IMG/VR virus record: IMGVR_UViG_3300049479_000302 | Location: 1 to 53,836 of that record | Strand: one strand, 5' to 3' | Source: a virus | Taxonomy: Duplodnaviria; Caudoviricetes | DNA length: 53,836 bases | In this document: piece by piece, positions 1 to 10,200 of the stretch | Numbering within the stretch: position 1 is the first letter of the stretch | Layout: each line of letters starts with the position of its first letter | The notes under the pieces: generated by a model | Database searches by the model: none | What the model saw: only the letters and a program-made list of their open reading frames with translations | What the model was told of the DNA's origin: nothing | Program-made: the position numbers and the translations under genes

Positions 1-140
1 TTTTGGCCACTGCTTGGGTTGTGGTTTTTTCAAGCCTTGCGCTTATTGGGGTTTAAAACAATGAACATAGAACAGAAATTGCGTGATCACTTACGTGAAG
101 TTTTGGAGTATTGCGAGCAACTTGGCTACGAACTTGGGTT
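1..140. repeat. Terminal direct repeat, left copy (circular assembly overlap)
   Basis: 1-140 equals 53697-53836 except T at 14 versus A at 53710. Confidence 0.95.
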
Positions 141-633
141 AACCGGACTCGAAGCTAAGAAAGCCCTAGCCGCGCCAGCACAGGAGCCGGTGGCAAAGTA
201 CGCAGACCCTTTTACTTACATAGTTCAATGTTTGAACATGAACCGGTACTCAATGACCAAAGACGAGTGTATCGAATACATTAAAGAGCTGCGTGAAAAG
301 TATTACCACCCCCAACCCGCGCCGGAATTTAAAGGCTGGTATTGTGCCCACTGCCAGCGCGGTGTTGATGCCTCGGAAGTTACCTTCAACGAACAGCATC
401 AAGTGTGTGGGCGAGTCATCACCGATGATGTGCCACCTGCACAACCCGCACCGGACGTGCGGGAGTTGGAGCGCGATGCCATGCGATACCGTTGGCTTAG
501 AAACAGAGACCTCGAATCTATAAATCAAGGAGGCTTATTTGCGGGAATGACACCGGACAATGTTGTTTTGAATGGTCGAGATCTTGACCTCGAAATTGAC
601 AGAGCAATCTCAGAGTATACAGGTGCACAATGA
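61..633 (+). CDS. Mosaic early hypothetical protein (CxxC module, C-terminal DAxRYRWLR module)
   Basis: ATG at 61; PAQEPVA and PQPAP linkers; overlaps next gene via ATGA. Confidence 0.75.
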   Translation: MNIEQKLRDHLREVLEYCEQLGYELGLTGLEAKKALAAPAQEPVAKYADPFTYIVQCLNMNRYSMTKDECIEYIKELREKYYHPQPAPEFKGWYCAHCQRGVDASEVTFNEQHQVCGRVITDDVPPAQPAPDVRELERDAMRYRWLRNRDLESINQGGLFAGMTPDNVVLNGRDLDLEIDRAISEYTGAQ

Positions 634-935
634 AACAGGATTACGACACTTTAATTGACCAACTCCGAACAGAATATCCTGCAACCTATGCTTTTACGGA
701 TATCCAGCATCCCGCGAGGGCGGCGGCTGATGCAATCGAAGAGTTGCTTCGAGACGCGCTTAGATATAGATGGCTAGCAAGAAAGGTAAGCGCACATAAA
801 CTCACTACCACATGGCAATTTGGTTTTCCGACGGCACTAACTCTGCCCGCCAGCGAACTGGCCATGAGTAATCCAGAAGTTGCATTGGGGCAATGTATTG
901 ACGCCGCCCTCGAAAAGCATGGGGTGAAATCATGA
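630..935 (+). CDS. Hypothetical phage protein (DALRYRWL motif)
   Basis: Coupled ORF; motif shared with upstream gene. Confidence 0.7.
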   Translation: MKQDYDTLIDQLRTEYPATYAFTDIQHPARAAADAIEELLRDALRYRWLARKVSAHKLTTTWQFGFPTALTLPASELAMSNPEVALGQCIDAALEKHGVKS

Positions 936-1588
936 AAGAGCGCCCGATTTTATTTAAAGGTGAAATGGTCCGCGCCATTTTGGAAGGTCGGAAAACTCAG
1001 ACACGGCGTGTTATGAAGCCTCAACCAATTTTGGAAAGCGTCTTTCTGGGTGGTCGTCAGCAAAATGTATTGACGTGGAGGGATGTGGCCGAACCGAAAG
1101 GCTGGATGATGCACAACATGTGCCCCTACGGCCAGCCCGGCGACCGATTGTTTGTTAGGGAGTCATTCAGCGGCCCGGACTGCATGGACAAAATGGGAGA
1201 ACTTCCAGCCATGCCGCCGCGCGAATGGTCAATCGAGACGCCGATCTGGTATTGGGCAGACGGCGAGCCCACCTTCGGCGATTGGACAAAGCCCAAACCC
1301 AGCATCCACATGCCCCGCTGGGCTAGCCGCATAACGCTGGAAATCACCGGCGTGCGCGTGGAACGATTGAAGGATATCGGCGAGGCCGACGCAATAGCAG
1401 AAGGCGTGCAAACAGAAACAGCGGACCCTTGGTTTTATCACATCTCCACAGAGCGAAATGTCTACGATTTTGCAGCCGACGAACCCCAAGGCAGTTTTCG
1501 TAAGTTGTGGGAATCAATCAACGGCCCCGGCTCATGGGACGCAAACCCGTTTGTTTGGGTTGTTGAGTTTAGGCGGGTGCAGTCATGA
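932..1588 (+). CDS. ASCH/PUA-like phage protein
   Basis: MKERPILF..MVRAILEGRKTQTRR, PSIHMPRWASRITLEIT and WDANPFVWVVEF motifs. Confidence 0.8.
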   Translation: MKERPILFKGEMVRAILEGRKTQTRRVMKPQPILESVFLGGRQQNVLTWRDVAEPKGWMMHNMCPYGQPGDRLFVRESFSGPDCMDKMGELPAMPPREWSIETPIWYWADGEPTFGDWTKPKPSIHMPRWASRITLEITGVRVERLKDIGEADAIAEGVQTETADPWFYHISTERNVYDFAADEPQGSFRKLWESINGPGSWDANPFVWVVEFRRVQS

Positions 1589-2094
1589 AAGAACACTTCT
1601 GGAAATTCGTTGCTCATTTCATCGCAAATCGCACATGGCTGGTGAACTGGATCATTCGCAGCGCGGCCAAACGGCCTTACTTTCACCTCGATGGCTACAT
1701 GCTCCGATGGTGGCTCACGCCTTCATGGTTGCTGACGAAGGACGAAAACGGCAACAGCATTCCCTACCCGTGGCTGCCCACCATTTTGAAGTGCCGGGTT
1801 CACCATATCTTGCGTGCAGATGATGACAGGCATTTACACGACCACCCAGCCGACAACCGAAGCATTGTCCTGCGTGGCTACTACGACGAGCAGGATATCT
1901 TCGGAAGATCAAACATTCGATCACCGGGGCAGACTGTGTTTCGCCGTGCCGAGTGCTTTCACAAAATTGCTTACGTCTCAAGCCGTGGCGTGTGGACACT
2001 GTGGTTTCTGGGTGAGCGCAAAAACGAATGGGGCTTTTTGGTCGATGGTCGGAAAATTCACCAAAATACATACTTGGGGAGAAGGTCATCATGA
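1585..2094 (+). CDS. Cupin-like phage protein
   Basis: HHILRADDDRHLHDHP...GYY.E...FHKI...WTL histidine pattern. Confidence 0.65.
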   Translation: MKEHFWKFVAHFIANRTWLVNWIIRSAAKRPYFHLDGYMLRWWLTPSWLLTKDENGNSIPYPWLPTILKCRVHHILRADDDRHLHDHPADNRSIVLRGYYDEQDIFGRSNIRSPGQTVFRRAECFHKIAYVSSRGVWTLWFLGERKNEWGFLVDGRKIHQNTYLGRRSS

Positions 2095-2303
2095 TCACCA
2101 CCAACCAAATTGAGAAGTTACTTGCCATCAATTCGCTGCCCGAGCGCTGGACGATTGCACAGTACGCATCCTTGAGAAACAAGCATCCAACCCAATGCGT
2201 TCGTGAGGTCACATTGAAATTGCAGCGTGGCGAAATTATCCGCGTCGATTCAAAAAAGAACGGCTACGGGAAATCATTGGGGATTTATCAGTATGCAAAT
2301 TGA
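2091..2303 (+). CDS. Small hypothetical protein, possibly winged-helix
   Basis: ATG coupled to upstream stop. Confidence 0.55.
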   Translation: MITTNQIEKLLAINSLPERWTIAQYASLRNKHPTQCVREVTLKLQRGEIIRVDSKKNGYGKSLGIYQYAN

Positions 2304-2503
2304 CCGATTAATTGAACTGGGTCTGTATGGCTTGGGCTGGCTGGCAATAGTTATTGCGTTGGGGAGGTTAAACAAGTGAGTGAAAAAAAACACAGAAAGT
2401 ACGACTGGCATGCTTTTTGGAACCGTTACTGTGAATTTACCCTGCACCCAGCGTGCCTTTTTCTTCATGGAATCACCATTGGTATTGCTATAGGGGTGTG
2501 GCT

Positions 2504-2740
2504 ATGATTGACCGAGAAACAGCAGTGCAGTGGGCAAAGAGTGAGGGGTTTCAGCAGTCGTATTTGAGCCAAGGCTATTGGGTCGCAACGCCTGAGCAAA
2601 TCCAAGCACTCATAACCCGCGCACAGAATGAGGCGTATGAGGAATCCGCCAGTCGGTCCGAATGCCGAAGATATATGAGCGAAAACTTTGTTGATCTTGC
2701 CCAAGAACTTCGCGAGCTAATACAGGAATTACCAAAATGA
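2504..2740 (+). CDS. Hypothetical protein
   Basis: ATG at 2504 with GGGG RBS; coupled to xis. Confidence 0.6.
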   Translation: MIDRETAVQWAKSEGFQQSYLSQGYWVATPEQIQALITRAQNEAYEESASRSECRRYMSENFVDLAQELRELIQELPK

Positions 2741-2925
2741 CAATCGACGACCTGATACCAAAGAGCAAGGTAATTGAAATCGTGGCCAAGGTGATGAACC
2801 TATCTGAGCGCCATGTCGGTGACCGGATCTTAAAAAAAGGTGATTTTCCGAAGCCGAAAAGGCAAAGCGGGCGAACCTGCGTATACGCAAAACAGGACAT
2901 TGAAAAGTGGCTGGGGGTTAAATAA
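2737..2925 (+). CDS. xis: Excisionase / AlpA-like winged-helix recombination directionality factor
   Basis: 62 aa, basic, GDFPKP...Y...DIEKWL pattern; adjacent to attP and int. Confidence 0.75.
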   Translation: MTIDDLIPKSKVIEIVAKVMNLSERHVGDRILKKGDFPKPKRQSGRTCVYAKQDIEKWLGVK

Positions 2926-3174
2926 CGCACACAAAATGCACACAGTCTTTTGAAAGCCAATAACAGCAGGTCTCTCCGGTTCCTGTCCGGGAGACCATAC
3001 TGTTTATACACACAGCACCACACAACACCACAACAAAACACAAACCAACTCAAAACCCTCGCCAGAAGCCACGTTTGACACCTTGCGAAAATCTCCAATA
3101 CACTCACTCACCCACAATTAAACGCAGGATAACGCACCGCAACGCACACAAAGTGCACGCGGCAATGCACACAC
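2925..3174 (+). other. attP region; core TTCCTGTCCGGGAGACCA (2980-2997) resembles a tRNA 3' end, probably tRNA-Arg
   Basis: Core parses as T-arm 3' strand, 7-nt acceptor strand, discriminator, CCA. Imperfect inverted repeat ggtctctccgg/ccgggagacc flanks 7-bp TTCCTGT. Arm-like AACGCACACAAA..TGCAC repeats at ~2924-2945 and ~3141-3175; CA-rich repeats at 3009-3050. Confidence 0.75.
3075..3104 (+). promoter_or_regulatory. Putative sigma70 promoter for integrase
   Basis: TTGACA-18 nt-TACACT. Confidence 0.5.
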
Positions 3175-3177
3175 ACC

Positions 3178-4128
3178 ATGGCAAGTTACTACCCCTCTCG
3201 CGGCAAAGTTCGGGCCCAAGTTAATATAAACGGGCATCGAGAATCGAAGACATTCGACACCAAAACTGAGGCCAAGGCATGGGCAACCAGGCGTGAATAT
3301 GAGTTGCAATCGGAAAATGGAAGTTCCCGGATCACGTTTCTTGAGCTGGCCAGGCTGTGGGTCAGGCGCTACCCCCAGCGCAAGCAAATTGACTGGGAAG
3401 CCAACCGGCTGGAATACCTGCTGGCCGGGTGGCTGGGTGAAGTCATGCTGCCAAAACTCAGCGGGGTGGATGTGGCCAAGTGGCGCGACGAACGGCTGGA
3501 AGTGAACGGCGCTGGCACGGTCGGGCGGGATTGGAACCTGCTGTCCTCAGTTTGTTCGCTGGCAGTCAAGGAAATGGGTATGTTGGCAAAGAACCCTTTC
3601 ACCGGCGTTAAGCGGCCAGAACAGCCACCGCCGCGCGACAGGCTGCACACGCCTAACGAAATGGAAAGCCTTGAGTTTTTTTCGCTTACCCGGCCATCGG
3701 GCTCAATCGCCCTGCAAATCTACAAATTCGCGTGCCAAACAGGCATGAGCGCGGGGGAATGCTGCGCCCTAAATTGGGATCAGGTGGATCTTCAGAAAAA
3801 GATTATTCTGTTGCCGCCATTCAAAACCCGGCCGGCACGACAAGTTCCACTATCGAAAGAGGCCTTGAGTCTGCTGGGCACGCCAAGCCACGGCAGCGTG
3901 TTCAACATGACCGCTGCGCGGCTCGATGCAAACTGGCGCAAATTATGCGCCGCCGCCGCCGTCGAAGACCTGAACTTTCACGACTCCCGACACTTTGCCG
4001 CGACTTGGCTAAGTAAGAAAATCGACTCTTTGGCCTTGGCCAAGATGCTGGGGCACCGTGATTTGCGGATGCTGCTGAATGTGTATTACCGGGAAGATGC
4101 GGCTAGCTTGGTGGACAAACTAGATTAA
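3178..4128 (+). CDS. int: Tyrosine recombinase/integrase (box I Arg replaced by Ser)
   Basis: Arm-binding N-terminus, TGMSAGE, FKT, FHDSRH, LGH, VYY. Confidence 0.9.
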   Translation: MASYYPSRGKVRAQVNINGHRESKTFDTKTEAKAWATRREYELQSENGSSRITFLELARLWVRRYPQRKQIDWEANRLEYLLAGWLGEVMLPKLSGVDVAKWRDERLEVNGAGTVGRDWNLLSSVCSLAVKEMGMLAKNPFTGVKRPEQPPPRDRLHTPNEMESLEFFSLTRPSGSIALQIYKFACQTGMSAGECCALNWDQVDLQKKIILLPPFKTRPARQVPLSKEALSLLGTPSHGSVFNMTAARLDANWRKLCAAAAVEDLNFHDSRHFAATWLSKKIDSLALAKMLGHRDLRMLLNVYYREDAASLVDKLD

Positions 4129-4230
4129 CGGAACTTTCCCGCAGCAAAATTTACTCAGAATTGCTCGGCAACGAGACGGGGAACAAGAGTGCGGCAACTG
4201 GATTAGCCAACACGATTGATCCCCAAACCC

Positions 4231-7200
4231 CTACCCTGCTTCAACCCCCCTCATTTGTTTCACCCGTTCGTTAAAGTTCGACATCACTCTTGTGATTGCC
4301 TCCTCTACCTGTTTTATTGACTCAGGCCCCGCCCCGTTTTCCTTCAGTTTTCGTTTGGTCCGGCCAAGCTCTTGAATCCTGCGCTCAACACTCTCGGCCT
4401 GCCTGAAAATCATCGCCTCAGGGTTGTCCTTAATGTAGTCCATGGTGCTCAAGCCGTCCTCCAACCTGCCCTTAATCTCAAGCTTGTGGTCGTTCATTGC
4501 CCGCAAGTTCTCATAAAACTGCCCGGCCTGTGAACTCTGGCTGGTTGTGTTGCCATAAAAGCGCCCAAACAACGGCACCTTGTATGGCGGCAACTCCTCC
4601 CCCGTCACCGATGTTTCACCAACCTGCACAATCTTTGAAATTTCCCGCCCTACACCGCCTGTCAACTGAGAAATAACATACTCCAACTGGTCGGGCGTTG
4701 GGCTGATCAACCCTTTCGTGTAATCAGAACCGCCACTAAGGTAATTCAACGCCCGCGACACAGCTACCAGTGATTCAATCGAATTGGCCTTTGTTCTGGT
4801 GTAACCGGGTGTCGGCTTGCTTGGGTTGAAATCCTCCCTGGCAATGTTTCGCCCGGTAAAGTCCGTATTCTCAGAAAGCGCAACCATCGGATCAAGCACT
4901 GTGGGCGCAATGGTCTGCATCAAGGTGCTCGACCCCACCGGGTTGAATGAATCAATCATCACCTTAAACAGCCCGGCCATGCTTTCAGTCACACCTTTCT
5001 GTGTGCGCCCCATCAGCTGCTCAGTGATAATACGTCCCACGTTTGGCAGCACATGCAAACCCAGTGGCATGGGTATGGTGATGTACTTGCCGCCACCTGT
5101 TGGGAAAATCAAGTTCTTCTCGCGCACAAACTCAGGTGGGTCTTCGTCATCAAAACCGGCCATGCCCAGCAAAATAGTTTGGGCCGCACCCAACAGCATG
5201 CCACCAGCAATAATCTGCTTGCCTTTGGGACCCTTCAATGCCTCAAGCATCCGGGCTGTACCTTGTGTGGATGCATTAAAAAACGCATACACCGCGCCCA
5301 TCTGGGTGCCAATCTGTCCCTTCCTGTTGAAGTTAACCGTCAACTCTTTGGCCAAGCTGGCCGCCTGTTCATCACTCAATCCAGAATCAAGCGCCGCCTT
5401 GAATGCCGACAAACGCACACCGTTTTCAAGCGTCTCGTTGTAATCACTGAGCCAATCAAAAAGTGGCTTGGCTGTATTCGAATACACCTTTTGCAGTGCA
5501 GTCGGATCGAGCGCCTCTTTAAGTTGCTTCTCGGTGCGCTCCTTTGGTGTTGAAAACATATCTCTGAATCCGGTCTGTCCGCCCGTATTCTGGAAGCGCT
5601 CATACAAATCAGCCCACTCGCCATTCACAATGCCGCCCGAACGATTGGCGCGGGAAATTTGATAAATCGCCTTAATGGCAGGCAAAATCCCTTTCACCAC
5701 CTGGGCCTGCTTGCCCGCAATCTTGGTGCTGGTAAGGTTCAACAAAGCGCCTTGGGTATCGCGCACCAAGTTCACAATACCGAAGATCGGGTTGTACTGC
5801 GTATTAATGCTGGCAAAGTACCGCGTTGCTTGCCCCACCACACCCAAAGCCCCCTCAAGCCTTGGAGCATCCAAATTGCTAAGGGATTCGCCCATACGCC
5901 TTGCACGCTCATTCTCTTGGTTGAAAACAATGAACTTGTCTTCACCATTTAACCGAACGGCCAGCGCATTTGGCAACTCGGTTAGTTTACGGTTCGGCCT
6001 GCGAATCGCCTTGCCATTGGGCCGCATCTCTTCCGTGTAAGGCTGGCGTGAAATTTCTTCGGCCAAGTCTGCATCAAGGCCCATGGTCTCAAGCTGATCG
6101 CGCAGCCGGGTGCGCTGCCCCTCGTCTTTGTTTAACAGCGGGTCAAACACAAACCAGAAATCATCCTGCGGGTTTTCCAGCGCCAAGCCCATCAAAGCCC
6201 GGCCAACCTCAGCCTTTTGGGCTCGGCTGATTATCTTCTCCCGCTGGTCAGCCAGCGCAGAAATAATGTTTTCCACTGGCTTATCCGAACCCAGCGCCCG
6301 TTTTGTAGTGGCACCGCGGATTGAATAACCCTGCCCCCTGCCGTTGTAGCTTGAAGACTCGCCCCTCAGCAAAGGTACATAGTGCTTGTACGCCCCCTTC
6401 ATTGAATCAATAGTCGATTGCTTTTCAAGCCCTGAATCAACCATCATCTGCATGTTGTCGCGAGTAATCTGATCAACTCGCTTGGCCAAGGCCTCAAAGT
6501 GTCGTCGCTTGTCCTCGGGCAAACCCTTCATGTAGCGCATGGCATCTTCAGTTTTAATGCCTGAACCACCATCGGGGAACCGATCATTCACTTTTGCAAT
6601 CTGCTCGTTGCGCTCAGGCGCGTGCCTGTTCCAAAGGTAGTTTTCAAACTCCTGCAGGTTTACTTTGCGCATGCGCATATCATCAAGCAACGGCTTCAGC
6701 TGCTTATCCAAAAAGTCTTTGGATTGCTTCGCCGCCTTGCCGTGGTAAAGGCTTTCTTTTTGGTAGGCGTTGATCGTGTCTTCCAGCTCACCGGTCTGCT
6801 TGGTGATGGCCTGGCTTACGCGCTTCAAATCAACGTTCTTGTCTTGAAGTTTGTAAATAACGTTGTCCAGCCTGCCGGGTTCATCGACCTTGAAACTCGC
6901 TCGCTCTTTGTCAGCGGTGCGGCTGAACCGAATATCGGGATTGGAAGGGTCAAAGGCCCCATTGTTGCCAGTGGCGGATTTGATTTGCTTTGAATCAAAG
7001 GCAATTACCTGATCAAGCTCCCCATCCAAATACAGCATTGCGCCATCATATTCCTGCTTTTCCAATTTAGCTCGGTCCAAACCACGATAAAGGAAGTTCT
7101 GAGCCGCATCACTCTCAATGTCGTCAGCACGAACCACATACGGATTCTTGACGCTTAAATAGACCGGATAGATCGAACCTGCCTCACCAGTATCTCCGCG

Positions 7201-10200
7201 CAAATCATTGGTAAAACCTTGGGCATAAGATGCATCAGGTGTGAAATAGATACCGTCGCGGTTGTTTGGTGTTTCAAATTGGGTAATGTCATTGCCTGGT
7301 CGAGTGCCGTGATAAACCACAATCGGCTTACCTTCAGCATCCACCACCTTACTCACTCGGTTGACTTCATCAAGCATGTCCAATACACTTTGGTTCATGC
7401 CCGCCTGGGGGCGAATACCGGTCTCGTTCGGGTTCGCACGCGAAAGCACCGATGGCGGGCTTTCTATTTCCATCGCCTCCACGGTATAAATTGGGTTTGG
7501 TTCTTTCGGGCCTGTTGTCTCCTTCACCGTCAACTTCACCGCACGCAAGCCGCCATCCACACCAAACATTGGTGCAATGTAGCGATGAATCGCCCGAATA
7601 GTCGGCTCGCCTTTACTGTCAGGGTGTGAATGGTCCAGAACGGCGTTCTCGAACAATTTATCAAGGTTGGCAATGGCAAGCGCGTGATCCATCATCGATG
7701 TGGATTTGTCCCCGGCTTTCTGGCTTGCCATCTTACGCAAATTGTTTCCTGACACCATGCCTACCAGCTTTGTTGCTCTATTGACAATCTCATTGCCAAC
7801 AAACTCCTGAGCAATATTCTTAGCATCCTCAAGGCCTGAAGCTGTGCGAGGCATGATTGCCTTCTGGGCTAACTTCCAATCCCCAAACCACCGCTTAAAC
7901 TCGGTACTTTCAGTGATTGCTGCGCGACTGAATGAAGGCTCAGGCTTGTCACTTCCTGCCTGCTTGTCTACACTTCGAGCACTCCCCGGAATCGTTTCGG
8001 ACGTAGGACGAAGGGCCTCAAAAGTTGAGGCAGCAGCAGTCGCCGGGGGGTAACCGCTTATCGCGCGCCCCCTGTAAATTGAAGGTCCGCCATCGCGCCC
8101 TTTTCGCACCCAGTCCCGCGCAGGAACAATGAAGTTGCGCACAATCTCATCGTTAGTCAGTTTCAAGCCATCAAAGAAACCCACGTTATTACGTAACCAG
8201 GTGCGCAACGCAGCCACCGCCATGCGCACAAAACTGATTTCAGGCCTTGTTTCGGCCAATTCCGCCAGCACCTCTTCGGCAGCTGTCAGCCTTCCATTAT
8301 TGCTTTCCAAATCAAGTCCATATTCCTTGGCCTTGGCTTGCATCAGCTCGGGCCTTCTCTTGGCCAAGTCATTTAAAACAGGGTTAAGTGCCTTTCCAAA
8401 TACCCCACGCAAGCCGTAGTGCCCAAGAGCCTCATGGAACAGCGCCTCAGCAGCGCTTTTCTTGTCTTTCAGTTGACCAGCAACAAGCCACACTTTGCCC
8501 TGATAAAAAAATGCGCGGGGCTCGCCGCTGGCACCTTGTGACTTTTGAACCTCGTTTAATCTCCGCACCGCACTGGGCGTGGCTGGGTTACTCAGGCTGT
8601 CAAGAACAACGACTTCGGGCGCATTGGCCCAGCCCTTAGTAATGCCATCCGCAAGTGCCTGCAACTCCACCACAGCAGAATTATCAGCCCCACCCCCGCG
8701 CTGGAATGTTGGCTTGACAACATCCGCCGGGCCAATTACATTAGCGGGGAGCCTTTGCTGAAGCTGAACCATCCAGGGGAATTGGACCCCGCCGATCGTA
8801 GCCCAAGCCGAGGCTTTTTGTTTGTCAAAATACCTTAACAGTCCGGCATCATTCCATCGGCCCAATTGCTCGATTCGATCTTTCCCGTACGCGCTTGCAA
8901 GCAAATTCACTTCGAAACGCTTCAGCCTCACATTTGGCCGAACCGCCGCAATCACAGGTGCACCATCACGCCACATGCTGGTTAAAACTACCTTTGCGCC
9001 GGGTATTGAATCCGACTCAAACACCATCACCGGGTTTTGAACTTCCTGCTCAAGTGCTGCAATCTCAGCGCGTGTCATGCCGTGGTCATAGTGCATCTTC
9101 GCAATACGATCACCCGTTGTGGCCAGCGGCAATTCAGGCATTCCCAACGCCGTTAGAACCGGCGCATCTCGAACAACCCCCACCACCTCAGATTCTGGCA
9201 ACGTGCCATCCAGCACCATATCCACTTTCTCGGCAAATCCCTTGGAGCGGCTGAACATGGCCACACCAGTATCAGTTTCTTTTGTTTTCAGAACGGAAAT
9301 AAACTTGGCAATCGCAGCATTGATAGCCTTCCTTTCCTCGCCATATGGGAATGGACGCTTTGCGCCCCACGGCGTCAGAATGCCAAAATTCTCTGGTGCA
9401 TAGTTCAGGAATGGGCTTCTGGCACCTTGTTGTGCAATCTTGTCTTCAACATAGCCCTGAAAGGCACGCGCTGCCATTTCATGCGGGGTGGTCCAATAAT
9501 CCTGACCCCGCCCTTGATCTAGCTGCCTTGCGTCCATGGCAAACTCAGTGGGCACACGCTTTGTTTTTTTCTGCCCTGCTTGTGCCTGAGCAAGCATCTG
9601 CAAACGCTGACTATAGCGATTCATCTCATCGCGAAGGCGGTCCATTACACCGCTCTGCTTGCCTGAGTCAAAACCACTTCGACCGCGCACAGCCTTATAA
9701 ATGGCGCTGAGCTTTTCAAGTGCCTCATTGCTCCAGCGTCCACCAAGAGCGTTTTTGCTGTCAGGTGTTTGCACAAAAGCAACTTCAAGAGACTCGCCGT
9801 CCACAATCTGCTTGGCTATCGTATCGAACTCAGCCAATTGTTCAGCACTTGCGGGTTTGTTGTTTCGTTTGTAATAACGCGGGTCTTTTTGTTCCGAAAG
9901 GTCGGCGCGTAATCTATCAAGGCGTTGCGCCACATCTTCACGCGATCTGGCCACAAACTGGTCTGCCTTGGTTGTGTCTTCAACATACTGTTCGGCCTTG
10001 CTGAACATGGTCTCCATCAGGCTCTTGTATGCATCACGCAGCTCCTCACGCACGCCCGAATCTCTGCGGCTAAAACCACCACTGGCCATGTCATTCTCTG
10101 CACCTCGAATATCAAAGCTCCGGGTACCGTCCTTGTTGATTTTCCATTGGCTGGCGGCCTTCCCGTCCTGGCGACCAAAGTAATGATCCAAAGCATGAAA

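Noticed and set aside
1-140. Terminal repeat as a biological DTR or a diversity-generating template/variable pair
   Set aside because: It cuts through genes and fits an assembly overlap. The single mismatch is synonymous (GCT/GCA), and no reverse transcriptase is present.
2961-3000. Complete tRNA gene
   Set aside because: Only a 3' end is present, with no D or anticodon arm; interpreted as attP core
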